DNA of 64,000 bases from Candidatus Hydrogenedentota bacterium (GCA_963674865.2 CAXXYE010000002.1:96001-160000), one strand, 5' to 3'; counted from the first letter of the stretch, positions 1 to 10,074 are shown. Numbers and translations: made by a program. Notes: generated by a model not told the origin, from the letters alone.

Positions 1-1281
1 CGTGAAGATGGTCTCCTGCCTCTCTCCCTTGCTCAGGAGTTCCTCGGTCTCCTCACCCATGACACGGCGCTGGTACTCTGAGTAGTCGGTCTTGGCGTAG
101 AAGGAAGGGTAGGCCGTCTGGAGAGAGGGGAATAGGTCATTGTAGGAGTGCTTGTCCGAGTACTGCCAGAAGAACGTGTCTCCGGGGGCCCGGCCGTCGA
201 AACCGAGGAATAGCACGTGGTTCGCAAGTGTGGTCGCGAGGGGTAATAACATCAGATTCAGGACATTTCCCACGCGCGGCAGGGCAAAGGTGCGTCGCAG
301 GTCGAGATTGTGGATGTCGCCTGAGGCGGGGGCGATGGGGATGCCGATGGTTTTGTCTCTGTTCCCGGCGAAGTCGCGGGCGACAATCTCGTCGAAATCC
401 GAGGGGTAGACAAAGCGTGTGGACTGAGTGCCCAGAAGACATGCGAGGTCTTCCCGAAAGGCTCTTGAATACGTTGTGTAGCCATAGTGGTACACGGCGT
501 CTCCGGCGGCGATGAAGTGCGGTTGCAGGCGGGTGAGGAGGTCGTGATCCTTAACGATGGTGTTGCATACGAGGCGATAGCCATCGGAAAAGTCGAGATG
601 CTCCGCCAAGCTGAGCGAAGGGCCGGTACCGAAGACGTAGCATCGGTCGTACTTGGGAAGGGCGGCAAGATAGTCGAGAAAACGTGCCTGGTGGGCTTCG
701 AGGTCAAAATGGTGGTCCACCAGGCGGCTGCGTAGGCGCAAGTACTCAAGCGCCTCGAGAGGGTCAGAGAACCGATCCAGTGTCTTCGAGGTGACTAGGC
801 CGCGCAAGAATACCCGGACAAGTTTGGCCTTCCCGGACGGCGGCTCCTGCCGCCAGCGAATGAGCGTCCCGCGCCTACGGAGCGCCTTCCAGACGGCGCA
901 CGCGAAGGGGAACACGCCTCGCACAACCTGTTGTTTGCCTTGGGGTTCGGGCATTGCTCCAATGTGCTCCGGACGCTCGGCGGCGTCGACTGTGCCGGGG
1001 CCCGGAAAGAGGAGGGTTGCGTCGCACTCCGGAAGATAGTAGCGAACACGCCAGAACTGCTCGCGAGCTTCTTCAGCGGAAGTGAAACGAGGCCAAAGAA
1101 GTACGGGCGGAAGGGACGTGCTTGAGGTAATACCTAGTCTCAGCAGGTGGCCGACGCCTCGCCCAATGACGGCGACAGCGCGCTCAACAGCCCGCTGAAT
1201 CCTGTGGTAGACGGCGCGCAGAACCTTGAGAAAGGGGCCTGGAGTCTCTTGCTTGATGGGGCCTGAATGTGTCCTATTCAT
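1..1281 (-). CDS. Partial (runs off left edge) DUF115/Maf-like, sialyltransferase-fold putative glycosyltransferase
   Basis: Not in the ORF track; translated by hand. Open frame from ATG at 1281 (overlaps the FkbM stop) to position 1. Contains CYVFGTGPSL, VCNTIV and VLNLMLLPLA..VLFLGFDG, matching the GxGPSL and LxGFD motifs of Maf/GT42-like proteins. Confidence 0.7.
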   Translation of the reverse strand, partial: MNRTHSGPIKQETPGPFLKVLRAVYHRIQRAVERAVAVIGRGVGHLLRLGITSSTSLPPVLLWPRFTSAEEAREQFWRVRYYLPECDATLLFPGPGTVDAAERPEHIGAMPEPQGKQQVVRGVFPFACAVWKALRRRGTLIRWRQEPPSGKAKLVRVFLRGLVTSKTLDRFSDPLEALEYLRLRSRLVDHHFDLEAHQARFLDYLAALPKYDRCYVFGTGPSLSLAEHLDFSDGYRLVCNTIVKDHDLLTRLQPHFIAAGDAVYHYGYTTYSRAFREDLACLLGTQSTRFVYPSDFDEIVARDFAGNRDKTIGIPIAPASGDIHNLDLRRTFALPRVGNVLNLMLLPLATTLANHVLFLGFDGRAPGDTFFWQYSDKHSYNDLFPSLQTAYPSFYAKTDYSEYQRRVMGEETEELLSKGERQETIFT

Positions 1282-2197
1282 TGTCAGCCTGTTTAGACTG
1301 CTTCCTAAAAACACAGTGTATCTGGCCTTCACGCACCCGCCGATATAGGTCTATGTAGCCGTAGGACTCAATGAGCGAGATCGCTTCGTCTGCGGAGGAA
1401 TCGAAGTACTGCAGGTGCTCGGGGTGTATTTCGATGAACAGCGTTCGCGGGCTTTGAGGCGATGACAGCAGTTTCTCCATCCCCCGCAAGGCTAGGATTT
1501 CCGCGCCTTCGATGTCTATCTTCATGACATCAGGTGCGGGGAGAACACGTTCGGCGATTGCGGAGTCCAAGTCGCGAGTTGCGATGGTTATGGATTCACC
1601 GTGCCTAGGGGTCTTCTCCAGGCTAGGTGACACTTCGCCCACGGGGCCGCTTCGATGCAGTGTCGCTTCGCCTGCTTTGTTGGAAACCGCCCAGGGCACG
1701 ACCGTGATGTTCGCGAAGCGGTTTAGCGCCACGTTTGCCTCAAGCCTCTCACGGTAGCTAGGCTCGGGCTCGAAGGCCCAGACGCTCGCTCCTTTGGCTG
1801 CGGCGTTTATTGCGATGAGGCCGACGCAGCCGCCAATGTCGAAGAAGACGTCGCCGGGCCTGAGTTCGTCAAGGATAAGTCCTGTAAATTCTTGCTCGTC
1901 GCCATAGTTCTCGATACGGATTTCTTCAATCCGGGTTGTGATCCGGAAGAGGCAGCCGTCCTCAACAAACGTCTTCATGCGGATCGTGCGGGGAAACGGC
2001 GTAACAGGTTGCTTGACGAGGAGTCTGTAAAGGATGCTCATCTTCTCGCGGAATGACGTGATGATCTCGATGCCATCCACGGGAATATGGAATTTCTTAT
2101 AGTGCGGCGCGAGACGCTGGGCCTCCGTCTTCATCATTTCCCTGGCGGTTCTCCTGACCCGCGTGGAGATTCTTGTTAGTAGGCTGGTGCTATTCAT
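1274..2197 (-). CDS. FkbM family methyltransferase
   Basis: FFDIGGCVG SAM motif, AFEP, KIDIEGAE, IEIH. Confidence 0.9.
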   Translation of the reverse strand: MNSTSLLTRISTRVRRTAREMMKTEAQRLAPHYKKFHIPVDGIEIITSFREKMSILYRLLVKQPVTPFPRTIRMKTFVEDGCLFRITTRIEEIRIENYGDEQEFTGLILDELRPGDVFFDIGGCVGLIAINAAAKGASVWAFEPEPSYRERLEANVALNRFANITVVPWAVSNKAGEATLHRSGPVGEVSPSLEKTPRHGESITIATRDLDSAIAERVLPAPDVMKIDIEGAEILALRGMEKLLSSPQSPRTLFIEIHPEHLQYFDSSADEAISLIESYGYIDLYRRVREGQIHCVFRKQSKQADNE

Positions 2198-2212
2198 CTT
2201 CCGGCTCTTTGA

Positions 2213-3514
2213 CTACTCGATCATTTCTGTTTCCCATGGGATATCCATGAGGATCATACCGGGCCGCTTCTGGAGGAATCGTGCTTTGTCTCCGTCGCGG
2301 CGGTCGTGCAAATGAAAACGGAGTACGGAGGGATTTCGGTAGACTACGCTGCTGTACGGCACTCCCATACTGAAGGAGATGGTGTAGTGTCCCTCGTTCA
2401 GGATGTCTGTCGGCAGCCGGAACCGGGCGCGGTAGTGGCCCGGGGCGCGTGGTTCGAGCGCTGAAGCGTCTACATCGGAGTCGGCCGTGCTGACAACAGG
2501 GGTCTCCGTCTCGTTCATGATGTGGCAGATTACGTGACTATGTTCCACAAGGGCGTTTATGTCGTACTCGGCCTCGATCCACGCGTCTTGGCCGCGGCAG
2601 AGTTGGGATTCATAGGTTCCGTCGTTACCGACAATGGCGACTCTGCGTAGACGCATGGGGACGGAGGGGTCCGCGGAAAAACTGACGCAGCCGGAGTTGG
2701 CCTCGCCGCAGTCTTCGAGATAACGTTCCACGGCTTCGTCAATAGTCTCTATGCACTGGATGCGCCCTTGGCTCAGGTAGACTCCGATGGAGCAGAGCCT
2801 TCGGATCACTTCCATGTTATGACTCACGAAGAGGATGGTGCGGCCCTCTTGTGAGACGCTGTTCATTTTGCCCAGGCACTTTTTCTGAAAGGCGGCGTCG
2901 CCTACGGCGAGTACTTCGTCCACCAGGAGGATTTCCGGGTCGAGATAGGCGGCGACGGCGAAGGCAAGGCGGACGCTCATGCCACTTGAGTAGCGTTTGA
3001 CGGGGGTATCGATGAACTTCTCGCACTCGGAGAAGGCGACGATCTCATCGAACTTCGCGTCAATCTCGCGTTTGCGCATTCCGAGGATGGAGCCGTTCAT
3101 GTAGACGTTCTCTCGGCCGGTGAGTTCGGGATTGAAGCCGGTGCCCACTTCGAGAAGCGAACCGACGCGGCCATGGATCTCCGCCCAGCCCTCGGAAGGT
3201 TCTGTGATTCGCGTGAGGAGTTTCAGAAGCGTCGACTTGCCTGCACCGTTTCGTCCGACAATTCCGATCACTTCTCCACGTTTGACCTCGAGATTGATGT
3301 CGCGAAGGGCCCAGAATGTGTCCTCGCGGAGCTTGGGGTTCAACGGAATACTGCGTGCACCGGATTCGGGTGGGGCCGCTCTGCCTTCGCCCTGTCGGGA
3401 GGAGCCGCCACGTCTGCCGCGGAGCCGCCTCAGGGCGCGCCGGTAGTCAATGGTCTGGCCGATCTTGTAGCACTTGCCAAGTCCCTCGGCGCGAATCACC
3501 ACATCACTGTTCAT
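2213..3514 (-). CDS. wzt: Polysaccharide ABC exporter ATP-binding subunit with C-terminal Wzt_C domain
   Basis: GRNGAGKST, YSSGMSVRLAF, LLVDEVLAVGD, ~150-aa C-terminal extension. Start chosen at MNSDVVIRAEGL. Confidence 0.92.
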   Translation of the reverse strand: MNSDVVIRAEGLGKCYKIGQTIDYRRALRRLRGRRGGSSRQGEGRAAPPESGARSIPLNPKLREDTFWALRDINLEVKRGEVIGIVGRNGAGKSTLLKLLTRITEPSEGWAEIHGRVGSLLEVGTGFNPELTGRENVYMNGSILGMRKREIDAKFDEIVAFSECEKFIDTPVKRYSSGMSVRLAFAVAAYLDPEILLVDEVLAVGDAAFQKKCLGKMNSVSQEGRTILFVSHNMEVIRRLCSIGVYLSQGRIQCIETIDEAVERYLEDCGEANSGCVSFSADPSVPMRLRRVAIVGNDGTYESQLCRGQDAWIEAEYDINALVEHSHVICHIMNETETPVVSTADSDVDASALEPRAPGHYRARFRLPTDILNEGHYTISFSMGVPYSSVVYRNPSVLRFHLHDRRDGDKARFLQKRPGMILMDIPWETEMIE

Positions 3515-3543
3515 GGGATCGAGTTCTCGTAGTAGACGACAGA

Positions 3544-4560
3544 CTAGACGATATCTGCAAAGGTCTTTTCCGTGCGCTTGAAGTAATGAAGTCCAAGAAC
3601 AAGAACAACAACCATGACTGCCGCGCCAATGGCGACAATCCGCCACGGCGCCTCGACAGGGACTCTGGTTGTCTCTTCGATGAAGGCTTGAACGGTATTG
3701 CTCTCGGTGGCTCTAACAACGACCTTTTGTGCAGTTGTCAAGGTGTCGGGAAGCGCATTTCCTTCGAGCAACGAAGTAGCTGTTTTCTCGACAAACATGT
3801 GCGAGTGAAGGAGACACCACCTGAATCCTTCGACGACGCCCGCCATGGGATTAAGTCCGTAGAGATACCGCCAGTTGCCCCAGGATTCCGGCAGGCGGCT
3901 GAAGGGGAGGATCACTGTGCAGTACATCCAGATCTGGACGAGATAGGCGAGCATCATGCGCACGTCACGGTACTTGACGTTCAGACAGGCCAGGATTAAG
4001 CCGGAGCCCAGCGCCGTCCCCACGGCAATGAGCGTCAACAGGGGAAGGAACAAGGCGGTCAGGGGAATGGGAATGCGGTACCACATCATCATTCCGACGA
4101 GGATTAGGAACGCGACGAGGAAATCGACCAGGAAGGTGATACATGTGCCTACAGGGATGATAAGTCGAGGGAAATACACCTTTGTGTACAGCCTGGCATT
4201 GATGACCAGGCTGTTGCTGGTAGCCTTGAAGGCTCCCGCGAAATACTGCCAAATGAGGAGTCCGGCATAGTAGAAGATGGGGGCGGGGAGCCCATCCGAC
4301 GGCAGGCTGGCCAATTTCCCGAAAATCATGGTGAAGACTATCATCTGAAAAAATGGGGCGAGAACGGCCCACACGGGCCCGAGCAAGGTCTGTTTGTAGC
4401 GGACGACGATCTCCCGCCAGACGAAGAAGAAGAAGAGCTCGCGGTAGCGCCAGAGTTCGGCGAAGTCGATGGGGACCCACCCTTTTGAGGGGCGGATGAT
4501 CGTCACCGGGGGCGCTTCGCGCACCGGAGCCGCCGAGTCTATCGCGGTGGAGTCGCCCAC
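3544..4560 (-). CDS. wzm: Polysaccharide ABC exporter permease
   Basis: ELWRYRELF, RYKQTLLG.WAVL.P, KVYFPR, YRDV, LNPM, FADIV. Confidence 0.92.
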   Translation of the reverse strand: MGDSTAIDSAAPVREAPPVTIIRPSKGWVPIDFAELWRYRELFFFFVWREIVVRYKQTLLGPVWAVLAPFFQMIVFTMIFGKLASLPSDGLPAPIFYYAGLLIWQYFAGAFKATSNSLVINARLYTKVYFPRLIIPVGTCITFLVDFLVAFLILVGMMMWYRIPIPLTALFLPLLTLIAVGTALGSGLILACLNVKYRDVRMMLAYLVQIWMYCTVILPFSRLPESWGNWRYLYGLNPMAGVVEGFRWCLLHSHMFVEKTATSLLEGNALPDTLTTAQKVVVRATESNTVQAFIEETTRVPVEAPWRIVAIGAAVMVVVLVLGLHYFKRTEKTFADIV

Positions 4561-5071
4561 TAATGCTCCCTCTTGCCTAAGAGTAATAAAATCAACACGT
4601 TGCCTGTCCGAGAAGATAAGCCTAACACTATCTTCGCCGGAAACCGCATCTTATGTCAAACGGCCTCCGGATCGTGTGGGAATAGGATGGGTTCGGTGTT
4701 GTCCCAACGCCTTGAAGGCCTGTCGGCGCGAAGGCCCTTGGGCCCCGCGTTGAGTCGCTCAGAATATCCCCTTCCCCGCATACCAGGGGCGCACCATAGC
4801 ACGTGCGGCGGCGCTGCAACAAACGCGGGGTGCCTGGTGGCTGTATGAAGGGCGTCTGGACTTCCTCGTGCGGGCGAGACGCCGCAGGGCGGCCGGCAGG
4901 ATGCCGGCACCGTGATGACTGCGGCCACATCCGGGAAGCCACTTTCTGGGGCCCGTCAATCGAGTGCCATTGCCGGGGCGTCGTGTCGATTGGGGCGTGC
5001 ATTATCTGGGGTTTGCCTCTATCATGGTTGCCCTACAGTATGAACAGGCGGCAGAAGGAAGGGCTTAGACA

Positions 5072-7687
5072 ATGAGCGGCAACTCCGGAAGCAAGCTCCT
5101 AGCCTCGGGGCCACAGCGGACTTATGCGGGCAGGCATCTCACCACGATCTCGTTTCCTTTGGGGGGCATCGGCACGGGAAGCGTGGGGCTTTCGGGCCAA
5201 GGCGGCCTGGTGGACTGGGAGATCTTCAATCGGCCCAATGTCGGTTCGCGGTTTCCGCGAACATTTCCGCTGATTTGGGCGCGCGAACAGGGCGAAGCGC
5301 CGGTGTGCCGCGTGCTGCTGGGGCCTGCGCAGCCGCCGTTTCAGGGGCGGGGCCATGGCGATCCGCATGATGCGGGGGAGGGGCTTCCGCGCATGACGGC
5401 GTGCACCTTCCGGGGGGAGTATCCCTTCGCGTGGGTGGATTTCGCCTGTGAGAAGCTGCCCGTGAAGGTCTCTCTCGAAGCCTATAATCCATTCATCCCG
5501 GGCGAGCCGGACGATTCGGGCCACCCGGCGGCGATTCTCCGCTACACGCTCACCAACCGCACGCAGCGGCCGGTGCGCGCGACGGTTGCCTGGAGTCTGC
5601 TCAACATGATCGGCTCTATCGGCAATGCCGAACGTGATCCAAGCTTCCGCGATGTTGATTTTGGATTCGGGCAGAACGTTAACACGGCTTTGGACGATGG
5701 CGGCGTCCGCGGGCTGCTGTTCACGTCGGAGAAGTATCCGGAAGGGCATCCGCGGCATGGGTCGATGGCGCTGGTGACGCCGGAGCGTTCGGTGACGGTG
5801 TTGCGGCGTTGGGCGCGGCTGGGCTGGTTCGACGCGTTGCAGGATTTCTGGGACGGATTTGGCGCAAAGGGCGGCTTTGAGGGGTGTGAGGAGGACACTC
5901 CTTCGGAGGAGGGGAAGACGGATGCGGGGGCGTTGGGCATCCGAGTGAACCTGAAGCCGGGTGCTTCGCGAACCGTTACGTTCTATCTGACGTGGTACTT
6001 CCCCGTGTTCGAGAAGTACTGGGGCAAGGTGCCGTGCTGCGATAGCCCGAGTTGCTGTGGGGCGGGCGGCCGCGCCACGTGGCGGAATTACTACGCGGGG
6101 CAGTTCGATGACGCGCTCGATGTGGCCAAGAAATTGCGGGGGAAGGAGAAGCGGCTGCGGGAGACGTCCTTACTGTTCCATGATGCGCTTTTTTCGACGA
6201 CGGCGCCGCCGCAGGTGCTCGATGCGGTTTCGAGCCAGATGGCGATCTTGAAGACGGCGACCTGCCTGCGCTTGACGGATGGGACCTTCTACGGCTTCGA
6301 AGGCTGCTCGCCGGTTTCGGGCTGCTGCGAGGGATCTTGCACGCACGTGTGGAATTACCAGCAGGCGTTGCCGTTCCTCTTCCCGAGCCTTGAGCGCTCG
6401 ATGCGGTCGGCGGATTACCGCTACAACATGCGGGATGACGGGGGCATGTGTTTCCGGCTGCGGTTGCCGCTCGGGTCGCCGCCGGACACTTTCCACGCGT
6501 GCGGGGACGGGCAGATGGGGGGCGTCATCAAGACGTACCGAGACTGGAAGATCAGTGGGGATGACGCGTGGCTGCGCAGTGTCTGGCCGAGCGTGAAACG
6601 CGCCCTCGAATACGCGTGGGTGCAGTGGGATGCCGATCGGGACGGTGTGATGGAGGGGATTCAGCACAACACGTACGATATCGAGTTCTTCGGGCCCAAT
6701 CCGTTGATGGGGGGCTTCTACCTCGGAGCGCTGGCGGCCGCGTCTGAGATGGCCGAGTATCTCGGCGATACGGCGGCCGCGGCCGAATACCGAGAGGTCT
6801 ACGGGAAGGGCCGGGCATGGATTGAGGAACACCTCTTCAACGGGGAGTTCTATGTTCAGCAGTATGATCCCGAGAAGGCGCCGCGGTATCAGTTCGGGGC
6901 GGGCTGTCTGGCCGATCAGGTGCTTGGGCAATGGCTGGCCAAGGTGGCCGGGCTGGGCGACGTGCTGGATCGTAAGCAGGTGCGCCGGGCGCTGCGCTCG
7001 ATCTACAAGTGCAATTGGAAGGAGGATTTATGGGGCCACGCCAATGCCCAGCGCGTGTATGCGTTGCAGGATGAGGCGGGGCTGGTTATGTGTACGTGGC
7101 CGCACGGCGGGCGACCCGCTTTTCCGTTCCCCTACGCCGACGAGGTGTGGACGGGCATCGAGTACCAAGTTGCGAGCCATCTGATCATGGAGGGGATGGT
7201 GGCGCAGGGGCTGCGTATCGTCAAGGGCGCACGTGAGCGCCACGACGGCCTGCGGCGGAATCCGTGGAATGAGTTCGAATGCGGCAACCACTACGCGCGG
7301 GCGATGTCGTCTTATGGGCTATTGACAGCCGTTGGAGGCTTCACCTTTGACAAAGGCGCCGGGCGCATCGGCTTCGCGCCACGGCTGAATCAGCGCGATT
7401 TTGAGACGTTTTGGGCGCTTGACGGCGCTTGGGGCACCTATTCACAGCGCGTAAAGGGCGCCAAGGTGCATATCGAACTCAAGGTACTACATGGCGCGCT
7501 GAAGGTGCGGCAGATCGATCTCGCCCCGGAGCTGATTGGGGCGCGGGAGGGTGTGAGGTTGGCGCGGCCGAGGGTTTGCCGTCCGGGGAAGCCGTTGGTT
7601 ATGGCCATTGCGCTGAAGAAAGGCCGAGGGCGAGCGTCCAGTTCCGTCGCCGATGCCAGCTTGCGAGAATGTGACGCCTTGAGATAG
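5072..7687 (+). CDS. GH116 family glycoside hydrolase (non-lysosomal glucosylceramidase-like)
   Basis: PLGGIGTG, GCCEGSCTHVWNY, HNTYD, EVWTGIEY, RNPWNEFECG..YARAM. Confidence 0.9.
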   Translation: MSGNSGSKLLASGPQRTYAGRHLTTISFPLGGIGTGSVGLSGQGGLVDWEIFNRPNVGSRFPRTFPLIWAREQGEAPVCRVLLGPAQPPFQGRGHGDPHDAGEGLPRMTACTFRGEYPFAWVDFACEKLPVKVSLEAYNPFIPGEPDDSGHPAAILRYTLTNRTQRPVRATVAWSLLNMIGSIGNAERDPSFRDVDFGFGQNVNTALDDGGVRGLLFTSEKYPEGHPRHGSMALVTPERSVTVLRRWARLGWFDALQDFWDGFGAKGGFEGCEEDTPSEEGKTDAGALGIRVNLKPGASRTVTFYLTWYFPVFEKYWGKVPCCDSPSCCGAGGRATWRNYYAGQFDDALDVAKKLRGKEKRLRETSLLFHDALFSTTAPPQVLDAVSSQMAILKTATCLRLTDGTFYGFEGCSPVSGCCEGSCTHVWNYQQALPFLFPSLERSMRSADYRYNMRDDGGMCFRLRLPLGSPPDTFHACGDGQMGGVIKTYRDWKISGDDAWLRSVWPSVKRALEYAWVQWDADRDGVMEGIQHNTYDIEFFGPNPLMGGFYLGALAAASEMAEYLGDTAAAAEYREVYGKGRAWIEEHLFNGEFYVQQYDPEKAPRYQFGAGCLADQVLGQWLAKVAGLGDVLDRKQVRRALRSIYKCNWKEDLWGHANAQRVYALQDEAGLVMCTWPHGGRPAFPFPYADEVWTGIEYQVASHLIMEGMVAQGLRIVKGARERHDGLRRNPWNEFECGNHYARAMSSYGLLTAVGGFTFDKGAGRIGFAPRLNQRDFETFWALDGAWGTYSQRVKGAKVHIELKVLHGALKVRQIDLAPELIGAREGVRLARPRVCRPGKPLVMAIALKKGRGRASSSVADASLRECDALR

Positions 7688-7801
7688 GCTGTCTTGAGGG
7701 TTAGCCCGTGCCGACGAGCAGGTTGGAATGGGTCCCGACCGATTTGATTTGAGAAGCCGAGCCGTGCCGGCCATCGAGTCGCCGGAGAGGAGGAATCTCG
7801 G

Positions 7802-8281
7802 ATGATTGAGGACCCGGAACTCCGAAGAATGCTTGAGGAAGAACTCAAGGTCGTCCGCAAGGAGCGCGAAGGGCTGGTGGCGGAGGATACGGAATCGCTC
7901 CGCCACGAGCGAAAGCTGAGGAACCGCGAGGAGGAGATCGAACGGTTGCTTGGACTGCGCAAGCATCCGCCGGATGCCATTGTGCAGGAGCAGAAGAAGC
8001 TGAAGTGGCTGCTGGTGGTGCTGGCTTGTTTGGTTGCGGGCCTCGGTGTCTTCGCCTGGGCAAGTCAGTCGCGTCTAGCGGCCTTGGAGCAGGGCTTCAA
8101 GGACCACGAAGAGCGTCTGCTGGGGCATGAGACGCGTGTCAAGACGAATGAAGAGGCTCTGTCAGGGCATGAGGAGCGCGTGAAAGCGAATGAGGAGCGT
8201 CTCCGGGAGCATGGTGAAGGCCTACAGCGGCATGATGAGCAGCTAAGGCAACTGATATCGCGTGACGTGTCGCAGCCCTGA
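7802..8281 (+). CDS. Single-TM coiled-coil protein with His/Asn heptad repeats
   Basis: RBS GAGGAGG; one hydrophobic segment; repeats HEERLLG/HETRVKT/NEEALSG/HEERVKA/NEERLRE/HGEGLQR/HDEQLRQ. Confidence 0.7.
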   Translation: MIEDPELRRMLEEELKVVRKEREGLVAEDTESLRHERKLRNREEEIERLLGLRKHPPDAIVQEQKKLKWLLVVLACLVAGLGVFAWASQSRLAALEQGFKDHEERLLGHETRVKTNEEALSGHEERVKANEERLREHGEGLQRHDEQLRQLISRDVSQP

Positions 8282-8302
8282 GCGAGGGCAGATAAAACAA
8301 GG

Positions 8303-8345
8303 AACGGGGCGAGGCGCAGATAATGACCTGCGGCCTCGCCCCGTT
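8303..8345. terminator. Probable bidirectional intrinsic terminator between convergent genes
   Basis: AACGGGGCGAGGCGCAG-loop-CTGCGGCCTCGCCCCGTT hairpin with A-rich left and T-rich right flanks. Confidence 0.75.
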
Positions 8346-8360
8346 GTTGTCTAGGATCGC

Positions 8361-8645
8361 TTAGTAGCGTCCGCCGCCGCCGCCGCCGCGCGGCCCACGC
8401 GACTCGCGCGGACGGGCCTCGTTGACGGTGATCGTCCGGCCTTGAAGGTCGGTGCCGTTGAGCTTGGCAATGGCGGCCTGCCCTTCAGAGTCGTTCGACA
8501 TTTCGACGAAGCCGAAACCGCGGGAGCGGCCGGTGTACTTGTCCTCGATGACGCGGGCGTCATCGACCTGGCCGAACTGCGAGAAGGCTTCCTTGAGGCT
8601 CGCATTGTCGGTGTCGTACGAGAGATTCCCTACATAGATGTTCAT
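8361..8645 (-). CDS. RRM (RNP-1) RNA-binding protein with Gly-rich tail
   Basis: IYVGNL (RNP2), RGFGFVEM (RNP1), GGGGGGRY tail. Confidence 0.95.
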   Translation of the reverse strand: MNIYVGNLSYDTDNASLKEAFSQFGQVDDARVIEDKYTGRSRGFGFVEMSNDSEGQAAIAKLNGTDLQGRTITVNEARPRESRGPRGGGGGGRY

Positions 8646-8815
8646 TCTGTCATTTCCTTTTCGACATGCTATTGCGGAGAGTGGCCATCAGCATCAGTCG
8701 TTAACCAGTCCAGGCAGGCATGACGTCGGGTGAGGAAATCACGCGGCGGGATCAGGTTTGGATTGGGTCTGTAGCTCACGAACTCCAAACTGTGTGCACC
8801 CATTGCACGTTAAGT

Positions 8816-8845
8816 ATTGTACGAAATACGCAGCCCTCTTGTCAA
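8816..8845 (-). promoter_or_regulatory. Sigma70-type promoter of the RRM gene
   Basis: TTGACA-18 nt-TACAAT on the minus strand. Confidence 0.65.
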
Positions 8846-8859
8846 ACTTTTTCGCGAGG

Positions 8860-10074
8860 CCTGAGTTCTTATTGTAAGTGCAACATGGTTGGGTGAGTGC
8901 CCTTTCCCGTCGGAGCCGTTCGTCGCTCACCCCTGAGCGGCGGCGGACGGCGACAGCGGGAAGGGCCCCCCTTTCCTGTAGGTGAGTTCTGAGCACAAGG
9001 CAGACAGAACAAGGAAGGCATCGAGGAATCCGTTCGGTACACTGGTTTTTTGCACGAACCAAGAACCGAAAGGAGTCTCGATGCCCTATCGCCATCTTAC
9101 ACCAATGGAACGCGGACAGATACAAGCATGGCTTAGCCAAGGGCTGAGTCAACGGGCCATTGCCGTCCAGTTGGGCCGTAGCGCCTCGACGGTGTGCCGG
9201 GAACTGGCTCGGAATCGGGCCCCGTCCAAGGCATATTCCGCGGCGCGCGCCCAGAAACGATACGAGCAGGTCCGCAAGACTTGCCGAAGAACCACCTCGC
9301 TCAGTGAGCCGGCGTTACGGCGCTATCTCTTCGACAAGATGACGGAAGGATGGTCACCGGAGCAGATTGCGGGCCGCCTCTGGCTGGATTTCCCCGGCCA
9401 ACCGCGCATGCGCGTCAGTCCCGAGACCATCTACCGCTCGTTGTACACCGATGAAAAGCTAGGCAATCCCTTGATCGGTTGTCTTCGACGCCGGCGGCCG
9501 CGCCGCCGCAAACGCGGGGAGCGCCGCCCCACGAGGCCCTTCATTCCCAATCGCGTCGGCATCGAGGCCCGGCCGCCCGAGGTCGCCACCCGAAAGCGCT
9601 ACGGGGATTGGGAAGGAGATCTACTCGTCGGGGCCAACCAACAGGGCGCCGTGCTTACCCTGGTGGAACGTAAGTCCTTGCTGCTACGGGCCGCACTGCT
9701 CGGCTCCCGTCATGCCGACGGCGTCGCCCAGGCTGCCATCGACCAACTCCGGCACCTGCCCGCCCACTGGACAAAGACCATCACCTTCGATAACGGCAGC
9801 GAATTCGCTCACCACAGACACATCGCCGAGGTCTTGGGCCTCGACACCTACTTCGCCAATCCCTATGCCGCCTACGAGCGCGGCACCAACGAAAACACCA
9901 ACGGCCTCCTACGCCAGTATCTCCCCAAGAACACCAACTTCAGGGAAATTGCCGAAAGCCAGCTCCAAAGCTACGTCCGTCAACTTAACAACAGGCCACG
10001 CAAAAAACTGGGATACCGAACTCCTAACGAAGTCTTCAAGCTACACGCCGTTGCACTTGCTCCTTGAATCCAGC
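8860..10074 (+). mobile_element. IS30 family insertion sequence (ends approximate)
   Basis: Imperfect 25-bp IRs CCTGAGTTCTTATTGTAAGTGCAAC / GTTGCACTTGCTCCTTGAATCCAGC flank the transposase; the stop codon lies in the right IR. Confidence 0.85.
9081..10067 (+). CDS. IS30 family transposase
   Basis: N-terminal HTH, WSPEQIAGRL, GDWEGD, TFDNGSEF, ERGTNENTNGLLRQYLPK, LNNRPRKKLGY; RBS AAGGAG. Confidence 0.95.
   Translation: MPYRHLTPMERGQIQAWLSQGLSQRAIAVQLGRSASTVCRELARNRAPSKAYSAARAQKRYEQVRKTCRRTTSLSEPALRRYLFDKMTEGWSPEQIAGRLWLDFPGQPRMRVSPETIYRSLYTDEKLGNPLIGCLRRRRPRRRKRGERRPTRPFIPNRVGIEARPPEVATRKRYGDWEGDLLVGANQQGAVLTLVERKSLLLRAALLGSRHADGVAQAAIDQLRHLPAHWTKTITFDNGSEFAHHRHIAEVLGLDTYFANPYAAYERGTNENTNGLLRQYLPKNTNFREIAESQLQSYVRQLNNRPRKKLGYRTPNEVFKLHAVALAP

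Noticed and set aside
258..749. 163-aa minus-strand ORF from the track
   Set aside because: Wrong frame; the real gene is the frame starting at 1281 that runs off the window
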